Origin: a virus
Length of the DNA stretch: 64,000 nucleotides
Strand: one strand, 5' to 3'
Virus record (IMG/VR): IMGVR_UViG_3300028859_000017
Coordinates: 1-64,000 of that record
The notes under the pieces were generated by a model. It was not told the origin of the DNA and did no database searches. It saw only the letters and a list, made by a program, of their open reading frames with translations. Positions within the stretch are counted from its first letter, which is position 1. The number at the start of each line of letters is the position of its first letter. Position numbers and translations under genes: made by a program. Of the stretch, positions 20,182 to 29,130 are shown piece after piece.

Positions 20182-20953
20182 TTACTTCATGGCAAAAAGG
20201 ACACTCAGGATGTGCAGTTCCCACAACTCCAAAATTACTAGTGCCCTCAAAAGCATTAGTAATTCGCTCAGCATCATTAGCAGAAAATATCTCTAGTAAT
20301 TGGTCTTTAGGAACTTCTACTGGAAATCCAGTTACTGAAACTATATATGTCTTTAAGTATTCTAATAAAGGATATACTTTTCTACCAAAGCCTTCTTTAG
20401 CTGCTAACTCTGTTTGGATTCGCAGAGTACGCTCTATCTCCACTATATCCTTTCTAGTTAATCTCTTAACTTCAACTAAAATATGTAAATTATGCTCTTC
20501 TAAAAATCTAGGTAATTCAACAGTTTTAGTTTTCTCTATCATATCTGAGGCATAAGTTATAGAGGCCACTTCTGAAATATCATAATCAAATTTAAACTGT
20601 TTACGACATTTATTATTATCACACGATTTAAGAGAACTTACCTTAGAACCATTACTGTATAATCTAATCATATAAATTATATAGTTATAATCCTCCATAG
20701 ATAAAAGCTGTAAATTTATAGGTTCTTGGATACAAGAAGTTAAAGTAGAATCAAATACCTTATTATCTAATCTTCCTGTAGCAGTTAAATTTTTTAATTC
20801 TTTAACTGTTAATCCTCTTACATGTATGTTCTCAGGCACTGCTGGGTCAAAAAAACCAGAGGATGGTAGCCTTATTTCATGGTAAGGAGGTAGAAAAGCA
20901 GCTAATGAAAAAGAAGGTAGAATAGCTTGTTGATGTTGTGTCATATTACTCAA
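20141..20953 (-). CDS. Baseplate hub assembly / tail assembly chaperone (T4 gp26-like)
   Basis: IRLPSSG...VRGLTVKE...DYNYIIYMIRLYSNG...C..C...CPFC...DIFF. Confidence 0.75.
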   Translation of the reverse strand: MSNMTQHQQAILPSFSLAAFLPPYHEIRLPSSGFFDPAVPENIHVRGLTVKELKNLTATGRLDNKVFDSTLTSCIQEPINLQLLSMEDYNYIIYMIRLYSNGSKVSSLKSCDNNKCRKQFKFDYDISEVASITYASDMIEKTKTVELPRFLEEHNLHILVEVKRLTRKDIVEIERTLRIQTELAAKEGFGRKVYPLLEYLKTYIVSVTGFPVEVPKDQLLEIFSANDAERITNAFEGTSNFGVVGTAHPECPFCHEVNDYDIPFTDIFFL

Positions 20954-20971
20954 CTATAAAATTACGGCATA

Positions 20972-22261
20972 TTAATAAATAGAAGGAGTTGTTATATTAG
21001 CTCTAAATATACTTGTATTTGCATATAGATTATCGGCAGCTGTTCCAGATAAAATAGCTCTATATTGAGTTATTTGTCTTCCTAAACTATCGTAGACAAA
21101 AAAATCACAAACTATATTTCTAATAGACTCACCACCTAGATTAGAATTTCCATTATATTTAGCATCATATACTGTAACGGTAGCAGTTACTTTACCATAT
21201 AACGGATTAGTTAATGAAGTTACTCTGGCATATTGATAGAACTTATTAATTTGAAAGCCTTTAAAAGTAGCTAAATTAGTAGAAAGAGTAAAGTCTAAAC
21301 CACCATTAACTGCTTGCATTTCATAATTCTCTAATCCAGAATTTGTTCCCAAAGTAAAAGTAGTTGGATATGATAAAGCTGACCATGAACTGGTAGTAAG
21401 TGAGGTCCCATTAGCATAAATTACTGAATCTGTTCCATCATTATTTAAAAACTGTGAATAACTTTCTATAATTACCCAGTTAGGAGATAGGGTAGTATCA
21501 TAAACTATACCACTTCCTATGGCATCATTAGTACTATCAACTAAAACTTGAGAAGTGGCTGGATTATAAGCTATTTTTAAAGGATTCATTTGAGAAGAAA
21601 TACTACTTTGATATACTGTATTCTTTGTAAACTGTACTGGTGTAGCTCCAGCAGCCTGTAATAAAGCAAAGTTACGCTTCCTTGTTACTGCATAGTTATT
21701 AAGTGCATTTACTTCTGGTGTGGGGTCAACTGAGATGGCTTGATTTGTATTTTGTCCACCAACAGTAATATAATTATTTCTTACAACAGTGCCTAATACT
21801 AAACTAGAAGAGGAGTAGGTAGTAGATAAAACAATATTATTAGCAGAAGAAGATGGAGATATTAGTAAATACTGCCCTGGAGTAGTTCCATTAGGTAATA
21901 TACCAGATAAGCCTAATACATCTAAATCAAGTAATCCAGCATTCCAAATAACTTTACTTAAACCAGCACCTGTGGAACCTATTACTAAACCTAAAATAGC
22001 TGGAGAATCTGAAGAGATTCCAGTAGAAGAGTCTGGATACTTAATTAAACCACTTGAGAGCAGTTCTACTCCACTACCTGGAGATAAGGCACTACCAGAC
22101 ACTGAAGCATGTTCACCATAGCCTATACCAGCTAACGAGCCAGCTACTGCCTCAATATTAGATTGTACTTGATATAAAGGTCTATTATCAGTAAGGTAAT
22201 TATAGGTATCTGTAGGTGTGTAATATAAAATATCTGATAATACTGGAGTAGGGGAATACAT
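20972..22261 (-). CDS. Virion structural or fibre protein
   Basis: 429 aa; N-terminal YYTPTDTYNYLTDNRPLY matches YYNASDIYEYNSDNRPLY of 16461..19010. Confidence 0.6.
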   Translation of the reverse strand: MYSPTPVLSDILYYTPTDTYNYLTDNRPLYQVQSNIEAVAGSLAGIGYGEHASVSGSALSPGSGVELLSSGLIKYPDSSTGISSDSPAILGLVIGSTGAGLSKVIWNAGLLDLDVLGLSGILPNGTTPGQYLLISPSSSANNIVLSTTYSSSSLVLGTVVRNNYITVGGQNTNQAISVDPTPEVNALNNYAVTRKRNFALLQAAGATPVQFTKNTVYQSSISSQMNPLKIAYNPATSQVLVDSTNDAIGSGIVYDTTLSPNWVIIESYSQFLNNDGTDSVIYANGTSLTTSSWSALSYPTTFTLGTNSGLENYEMQAVNGGLDFTLSTNLATFKGFQINKFYQYARVTSLTNPLYGKVTATVTVYDAKYNGNSNLGGESIRNIVCDFFVYDSLGRQITQYRAILSGTAADNLYANTSIFRANITTPSIY

Positions 22262-22287
22262 CTATTATCCTTAAAATAATTCTAAAC

Positions 22288-22782
22288 TTAATTGCCTATT
22301 ATTGTTAAGGAACCAGTACCGGAAACATAAAAGCTTCTACTAGAATCCATTACCATATTTAAAGTAAATGCCTGTCCATCATTTGTTGTATCTGGAATTA
22401 TAGGAATTTGATAAATTGTAGGAGGAGTTGTATTTGGTGAAATCCATCCAGAGAAAGATACTAAACAATTAGTTGATGTAGTCACAAATTGAAAATTAGT
22501 ACAGAATTTGCCCAGAGTTATCAATGACCATGTACCGACTCCTGGAAGAGCTGTAGTTATGGCAACAGGAGCATTTGTATCAATAGTGGGACCAATAACC
22601 GTATAAGCACCCACTGGAACTAGACCGCCAGTATTAGAAAATCCAGAAGCATTTATCTGTGCCAAAGCTGCTTCAGAGACTGGCTGAATATCTCCTGGCT
22701 TTAATATTAAATTATTCCATTGAGAACTAGACTCTAACATTAGAGTTAACGTTGTTGAAGTATTTTGAATTAGATATTGCAT
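22288..22782 (-). CDS. Virion structural protein
   Basis: 164 aa beta-rich; AAGGA RBS; TAATTAA at 22799-22805. Confidence 0.5.
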   Translation of the reverse strand: MQYLIQNTSTTLTLMLESSSQWNNLILKPGDIQPVSEAALAQINASGFSNTGGLVPVGAYTVIGPTIDTNAPVAITTALPGVGTWSLITLGKFCTNFQFVTTSTNCLVSFSGWISPNTTPPTIYQIPIIPDTTNDGQAFTLNMVMDSSRSFYVSGTGSLTIIGN

Positions 22783-22819
22783 ATATTGTGTCCTTTATTT
22801 AATTAGCATAAGAGATTAG

Positions 22820-25105
22820 TTAATTTCCTTTACCTACTTGAAAAAAGCTTGCTGTAGCTATGGGAGTCATTGCTGGTACAGCTTTCCTCATAGTATTCTC
22901 ATTTCCTGAAATACTTGCGAATTGCTTTCCTTGAAGGGTTTGTATTACTACATCTAATTTATCATTAGTTGTGCTAGTATTATCCGCAGTTTGCTGTTGA
23001 ACATCTAAGGCCTGTTGAGCTGTATCTAACTTATTACGCTCCATCCCAGCTAAGCTAAATTGTCCTTCTTTGTTTATTATCAAATCAGTATCTTTAAATC
23101 CTGATAAATCTTCTTTTTCTTTCGCTATAGCTGCCAATTTATTTGACATAGCAATCACTTTAGTATTTTGATTAACAGCTAGTGTATTATTTCTATTAGC
23201 TATATCTAATGGACCAAAAGCAGCTGTAACATCCATTTTTAAAATGTTTCCAAGACCTCCAGTATTAGTAGCATAAGATTTATCTCCACCAAGTAAGGAA
23301 GGAGCAGTTGTTTTCCAGGCATAGGTAATGGCATCTGCAATTATTTGGCCGCCAAGCATTAAAACTTTAAGTAATGGATGAATTAAAGCATCCCAAAAAA
23401 TAACCTTTAAAACACCAAGAAATCCATTTGCGTTGCTAAGCTTATTGAAAATATCTCCTACCCAACCCATGAACTTATTTATCCAAGGAATCAAATTAGT
23501 AAAGAAACTATCAGCACCACTAAATACCTTCTCGATAAAATTACCCAAGCCAGTTACCATTTTACTTATTGGAGAACCTGGATTAGATAATTGTATTAAA
23601 TATCTCTGTAAAGTCTCTCCCATGTGGTCTAATAACTTCTGAATACCTGAATTTCCTGACACTGCTCTTTGGAACATATTAAATAAGGTATTTCTAAATC
23701 TATCAAATACTGAGGTAAAAGTTGCAGTAACATTTTTCCATGAATCTTCTAATCCACCAGACTTCATATATTCTGCATCTTGCTTAGCTTGTTCTAATGC
23801 CTTTTTCTGAGCTCCGGTCATAGTGGCTAGTTTAATAGCCATATCCTTAGACATTCCAAAAGACTGTTCAGCAACCTGTCCCAATATATTTAAATTTCCT
23901 CCAAATTGCTTACTTAAAGTCTCTAATTTAGTTGAGATTTTTAACATGGCATCAGTTCTATTAAACTGATTATTTAGCATATCACTTATGTTAGCTCCAC
24001 CAGATATAGCCAATATAGCTCTAAAACCAGATTCCTGAGAAGTTATTAAATTTCCAGCTTGTTCAAAACTTGAGTTAATAGTGCTAACTGATATATTTAG
24101 AGCCTGTGCTAATCCTGCTAATCCTGCTAAATCTGCTGTTAAATGCTCTGTAAATTTCTCACCTTTGTTTGAGGCTATCAAAAGAGCTGTTCCTACAGAG
24201 TTTATAGCTTCTTTAAAAGCATCAAAAGATATAGTCCCTATCTTACCTGACATTTCAGCAGACTTATTAAACTTAGTAAAAGAATTTCCAATATTCTGAA
24301 AAGAATTTACTGTGAGTCCTGAACCTCTCATTATTCCTGAGAAGAATGAGGCCATAGAATCAGCAGACTCTCCAGTAACTGTACTGAGCTGTAGAGTAGC
24401 CTTAGTTAGACTAACATTAGTAGCAATAGCTGGATTTAATCCGTTCTTAATATATCCTCCAATAGAGGCTAAAGTATCACCCAAAGCAAATCCATACCCA
24501 CTTAAAGATTTTAAATTATTATTTATTTCATTATTAAACATTCTAATCCTACTACTAGCAATACCTCCCATCATCTTACTAAACTCATTTAATTCATCCT
24601 GCCACTCTATAGCTGCTCCAATAACATTTTTAAGACCTTGTAAAACTAGTATCAATCCTTGAAATAGCAAGCCAAAACCAAACGTAACTAAAGCATTTAC
24701 AGCTCCTGCCAAAACTCCTATAGAATCTGACATAAGATAAATTTTACCTACAGTACTTGCTAATCCTTTTCCTATAAAACCTAATGAATTATAAAATTCT
24801 TGGTTACTATCTCCCCCAGCCTTTGATACTGCACCCATCATTGACATTTGTTTAACAAATCTAACATTACTTGGAGTTAGATTATCCAACATTTTTCCTA
24901 TGCCTGGAAGCTTACCAAAAAAAGTATTTTTCATGTCTGTGGTTTTACTAAAATCAGACATATATTTAGCTATAGGAGTTAAAGCCTTCTTAATTTGCTG
25001 TTCATTTGCTGGATCTATTTGTATACCAACTCTAGCAAAGGCCTTCAAAAAAGAAGCTTCTTTTCCAGCCGAGCCTTCTGAATTTGGTGTTGGAGTATCT
25101 GCCAT
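22820..25105 (-). CDS. Tape measure protein
   Basis: 761 aa, helical A/G/S/L/M-rich with hydrophobic segments; sits among tail genes next to the hub gene. Confidence 0.75.
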   Translation of the reverse strand: MADTPTPNSEGSAGKEASFLKAFARVGIQIDPANEQQIKKALTPIAKYMSDFSKTTDMKNTFFGKLPGIGKMLDNLTPSNVRFVKQMSMMGAVSKAGGDSNQEFYNSLGFIGKGLASTVGKIYLMSDSIGVLAGAVNALVTFGFGLLFQGLILVLQGLKNVIGAAIEWQDELNEFSKMMGGIASSRIRMFNNEINNNLKSLSGYGFALGDTLASIGGYIKNGLNPAIATNVSLTKATLQLSTVTGESADSMASFFSGIMRGSGLTVNSFQNIGNSFTKFNKSAEMSGKIGTISFDAFKEAINSVGTALLIASNKGEKFTEHLTADLAGLAGLAQALNISVSTINSSFEQAGNLITSQESGFRAILAISGGANISDMLNNQFNRTDAMLKISTKLETLSKQFGGNLNILGQVAEQSFGMSKDMAIKLATMTGAQKKALEQAKQDAEYMKSGGLEDSWKNVTATFTSVFDRFRNTLFNMFQRAVSGNSGIQKLLDHMGETLQRYLIQLSNPGSPISKMVTGLGNFIEKVFSGADSFFTNLIPWINKFMGWVGDIFNKLSNANGFLGVLKVIFWDALIHPLLKVLMLGGQIIADAITYAWKTTAPSLLGGDKSYATNTGGLGNILKMDVTAAFGPLDIANRNNTLAVNQNTKVIAMSNKLAAIAKEKEDLSGFKDTDLIINKEGQFSLAGMERNKLDTAQQALDVQQQTADNTSTTNDKLDVVIQTLQGKQFASISGNENTMRKAVPAMTPIATASFFQVGKGN

Positions 25106-25139
25106 TAATCTACCTAATTTCTAAAACTTAATTCAAATA

Positions 25140-27725
25140 TTAGCTACTAGTTCCAGTATTTATAGTAGTGCCATTGCTTGTAGTAGTTGTAGTTGTTACC
25201 GAGGCCCCTGCTGTTGTAGTTGTTGTAGTAGTGCCATTAGTGCTTGTTGTAGTAGTATTAGAAGATGTTGTTGGATTTTGAACAGCTGAATTTAAAGAGG
25301 CAAACTCAGCAAAAGCAGCATCCATCTGAGTTTTCAAAGACCCTGTCAGTAAAGTGCTAGTTAAAACCTGAGCTTGAGATTGAGTTGTAGATGAATAACT
25401 ACTAGTATTAGTAGCAGGTACTGTAAGTTTAGAATTTCCCTGAGAAGACAGGCTCTCTAAGTTTACAGTCATTATATCATCTATAAGAGATGTATAATTA
25501 TCAGAAGTAGTGGTTGAACTAGAGGAAGTTAATATGCTACTATAACTTTGAGTAGCTGTATTAGATACGTCATTAGGAACTTTAACTGCTCGTATTTCAG
25601 TTGTATAATCTCCTAAAGAAATTCTATGTATAACAGTTTGAGGAAAATAAACACCACTAACCATTGGATTAAACTTAAAAGAAACTCCATCAGAAGTTGG
25701 ATAATAGTTTATTATTTCAAAAACCCCAATACCCTGTCTCAATAAATACGGGTCACCTAATACAGTCATACCAATAGTTAGTGGATACTGTAAAAAAGTA
25801 CCTAATCGTTCAGATAATTTATCATAAGAAAATTTATAAATGTTATTAGCATTAAAATAAGACTTATTAGCCCCTACTCCAGCAGTTAGAATAGCATCAC
25901 TATCTCCAGCATATAGTTTTCTATCTGCTAATCCTTTTTTAAATCTTCCTTTAATTACTTTGAATTTTTTCATTAAAGAAGTTCTCCAAATCTCTAAAGC
26001 TTGTTCAGGAGTTACATTAGCTGTATTTATTCCCAGTCCTTGTAATTTCTTTATAATAGTAGCTGTTGTGAGAGCTGATTGAGAAGAACTTGACACTTTA
26101 TTTAAAGATAGTTTTACAGTACCATTAGTGGCATTTATAGGAACGCCATCTTGTCTGGCGAATACTTCTTCATCATAATTATTTTTCATTACGGCTATAT
26201 AATCATTAAAATTTAGTGTTAAATCTAATACTTCACCTACAGTATTAGAGATTCCAGAAGCACCATATGAGTTATTTATTTGGGCTAATCGTTGAAATAC
26301 ATTTTCTCCGCCACCATAAAAATACGGTATAGACGACCCTCCTGGACCATATATTACAGGTAAATTAGCTGCCATTATTGAAATATCTTCTGTATATTTA
26401 GGCAACATAACAAAAGCACCCGTATTTGTTAAATCACTAGATTGTAAATATACATTATTAGATGAAGTATATATATTTGCTGGAAAATAAGGCACCCAAA
26501 TTAAAATACAACAATTAGCTAATTTTACAGCATTACTATTTAACTGAGTTATATCAGATATTTTTTGAATACTGCTATCATTTTTGAATTGCTGTCGTAA
26601 AGCTGTTATATTAGCTGTGGCACTGGAAGCATCTGATATAGCTGTATTTAAATTAGCGTTATTTACTGGATACCATCTACAATAAATATACTCTAATAAT
26701 TCATTTATAGTATTTTCTAAATTATTAGAATTTATTCTTAATGGGGCAGACTGAGGATTAACGAAAAAAGTTTCATTATAATATTGAGAAGAGGTAGATG
26801 AAGAAGTAGAAATTCCACTAGAGGTATTACTTGAGTTAGAGCCTAACTGTAATAAATCATCTAATGTAAATAATCGTAATCCTATAACTTTTTCTATAAG
26901 TAGTCTCAATTGTTGCTGAGGATAATCTGATAATATTCCCAATGTAGCACTTGAATTTTGTAAACAGGCAGACCCAGCATCCTGTAATGTTAGAGTAAAT
27001 TCAGAACCCATAGTTTTTCCAGGGTCTGTCATTTGTATATTAGTTACTAAAAAAGACATCATTGGAGAACGTATCTGTGTACCTGTAGTAGTACCGTCAG
27101 CAATATTCCAGCCAACTTTAATTTCACAGACCGGTAATCCTGGAGTGGTATCTGATATATCTGAAGATTGGTCATTTAATCCGTCTGTTATAAAAGCTAA
27201 TAATTCAATTGGGGTTCTACTAAAAAGTTTTAAGGTGCCTGTAATGGTATTATTAACACCTCCCATAGGCATAGATAATTCTAAATCTTCAAATAATACT
27301 TCTATTTGTAAAGAATTAAAATAATTATCTGGAGAGATATCAACCCCAGATACATTTGCTTGTGGTATTAATGGAACAGCCTTTGCTCCATTTAAATATA
27401 TTTCGGTGTATGGTACCCTAGTATTATAGGTAGGTAATACTGGGTTTACTGTAGAAGAGGTAGTTAGAGCAGACTGAGTTGCTGCTTGTGCTGCTTCTGA
27501 ACCCATTAGAGAAGTTAATAATGTATTTATAGCATTAATGTTATTAGTTCTAACTGTCTGTAATGTAGAGGTTAAATTTGTAGATGAAGTATTAGTAGAA
27601 GTAACATCAGTTCCGATTACTTGTTGATTATTGCTTACAAAATTTTTATAAAATGTCTGTAAAGCAGCTAAAGCAGTTGCTGAAGTAACTTGAGAGGAAG
27701 AATCACTAGAAGAAGTTGTTGCCAT
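25140..27725 (-). CDS. Baseplate hub protein (gp27/gpD-like)
   Basis: MTVLGDPYL...SGVYFPQTVIHRISLGDYTTEIRAVK C-terminal hub signature. Confidence 0.7.
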   Translation of the reverse strand: MATTSSSDSSSQVTSATALAALQTFYKNFVSNNQQVIGTDVTSTNTSSTNLTSTLQTVRTNNINAINTLLTSLMGSEAAQAATQSALTTSSTVNPVLPTYNTRVPYTEIYLNGAKAVPLIPQANVSGVDISPDNYFNSLQIEVLFEDLELSMPMGGVNNTITGTLKLFSRTPIELLAFITDGLNDQSSDISDTTPGLPVCEIKVGWNIADGTTTGTQIRSPMMSFLVTNIQMTDPGKTMGSEFTLTLQDAGSACLQNSSATLGILSDYPQQQLRLLIEKVIGLRLFTLDDLLQLGSNSSNTSSGISTSSSTSSQYYNETFFVNPQSAPLRINSNNLENTINELLEYIYCRWYPVNNANLNTAISDASSATANITALRQQFKNDSSIQKISDITQLNSNAVKLANCCILIWVPYFPANIYTSSNNVYLQSSDLTNTGAFVMLPKYTEDISIMAANLPVIYGPGGSSIPYFYGGGENVFQRLAQINNSYGASGISNTVGEVLDLTLNFNDYIAVMKNNYDEEVFARQDGVPINATNGTVKLSLNKVSSSSQSALTTATIIKKLQGLGINTANVTPEQALEIWRTSLMKKFKVIKGRFKKGLADRKLYAGDSDAILTAGVGANKSYFNANNIYKFSYDKLSERLGTFLQYPLTIGMTVLGDPYLLRQGIGVFEIINYYPTSDGVSFKFNPMVSGVYFPQTVIHRISLGDYTTEIRAVKVPNDVSNTATQSYSSILTSSSSTTTSDNYTSLIDDIMTVNLESLSSQGNSKLTVPATNTSSYSSTTQSQAQVLTSTLLTGSLKTQMDAAFAEFASLNSAVQNPTTSSNTTTTSTNGTTTTTTTAGASVTTTTTTSNGTTINTGTSS

Positions 27726-27730
27726 AAATA

Positions 27731-29050
27731 TTAACTTCCTAACGCTTTAGATATACGTGAGCCATAATTTTTATTAATAGTAGTTTGTACAACTGCTGTT
27801 AATCCTGAAGTTATGCTGCCCAAAGCAGCTATAGATTGTGAGTTATTAGCTGTAGTTGGTAACCCTAAATTCTGTAAATACTGTGCTGTATTAAACTGTC
27901 CTGACTGAGTAATTACTGTTCCAACACCTCCAGCAGTTCCTACCACAGAATATGTTATTTCTCCAGTAGAATCATCATAGGTAGCTGTAGAATTTCCAGC
28001 AAAAAAATCAGGAGAAGTTAATACTGGATTAAAGGAAGTATTATACTCACCTAATGTAGAGGAGTTAGTTTGCTCTATTCCTCCATTAAATCCATAATCA
28101 ACAATATCCTCAGCATATTGAACTGAATTTTGTTGGCTAGTTACTGTAAAATTAAATGTGACATAATAAATATAGGGAGAATGTGATAATAAAGAAGAAG
28201 AGCCAGACGAGGTTGAGGAGGTTACTGGAACATACCAAGGACCTTGAAAATCTATTGACATACTAGTGGTTATACAACGTAAAGCTTTCCAATTACCTAT
28301 TTTAACTTTTACAGGTGAAGGCATAAAATGATTTTTTGAAGGAGTTACCAAGGCAAATAATTGTTTTTCTAAATTTATATTTTCTGATAGTTGACCAGCA
28401 CTGTCTGCAAAAAAAGTACCTGCTAAGGAAAAAGTTACTGGACTAGAAGAAGCAAAGATTTGAACTGGCTCTGGTCTGCCATAAAAATCTTTTTGATTCC
28501 AGTTAGCTGATTTTGAAAAAGAAATACTATCAGGTGTAGACTGAAATAAAATATACAAAGGAGAAGGTGAAGTAGTTGTGGAAGTATTACTAGTTCCTGC
28601 TAAGTTAAATTCAGTTTGTATAACTATTGGAATAAAAGTAGAAGATATTTTAAAATTTTGATTATTTATAGAATCAGATGTAGTGGTGGAATTACCCGAT
28701 TTTATAAAATTGATAACCCCATTTATTATTGAACCAGTACTTCCGCTAACTGTTCCATTTCTACTTAAATAGGTTCCTAATTGAAAATCGGCAATTTCTG
28801 ATACACTAGTCTTAAATCCAATAGGTAAGGCAGCTAAGGCACCTGAAGCCACACCAGCACTAACTCCAGTTCCTAGTGTTGGAGAACTTGATGTTAGGTT
28901 ACTATAATATCCAGAACTCTGCTGGGTAATACTTGATGGAGAGTTACTTGGTGTAGCTGTGGCTTGTAAGTCTGTTGCTGCTGTAGTAGAAGAGATGGCA
29001 GCAGAGGAAGTAGTTGACGAAGCTGCTACAGAAATATAACTATCAGACAT
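27731..29050 (-). CDS. Tail tube initiator / baseplate tube-cap protein (gp48/gp54-like)
   Basis: PDSISFSKSANWNQKDFYGRPEPVQIF...PSPVKVKIG...CITTSMSIDF tube-fold motifs. Confidence 0.7.
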   Translation of the reverse strand: MSDSYISVAASSTTSSAAISSTTAATDLQATATPSNSPSSITQQSSGYYSNLTSSSPTLGTGVSAGVASGALAALPIGFKTSVSEIADFQLGTYLSRNGTVSGSTGSIINGVINFIKSGNSTTTSDSINNQNFKISSTFIPIVIQTEFNLAGTSNTSTTTSPSPLYILFQSTPDSISFSKSANWNQKDFYGRPEPVQIFASSSPVTFSLAGTFFADSAGQLSENINLEKQLFALVTPSKNHFMPSPVKVKIGNWKALRCITTSMSIDFQGPWYVPVTSSTSSGSSSLLSHSPYIYYVTFNFTVTSQQNSVQYAEDIVDYGFNGGIEQTNSSTLGEYNTSFNPVLTSPDFFAGNSTATYDDSTGEITYSVVGTAGGVGTVITQSGQFNTAQYLQNLGLPTTANNSQSIAALGSITSGLTAVVQTTINKNYGSRISKALGS

Positions 29051-29082
29051 ACAATATCCTTATAAAGTTAATTCAAAAAAAA

Positions 29083-29110
29083 TAAAGGACCTAAAATATA
29101 AGGTCCTTTA
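29083..29110 (-). terminator. Intrinsic terminator after the sheath gene
   Basis: TAAAGGACCT-N8-AGGTCCTTTA followed by a T-run on the minus strand. Confidence 0.7.
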
Positions 29111-29130
29111 CATTTAACTATAATAAGCTA

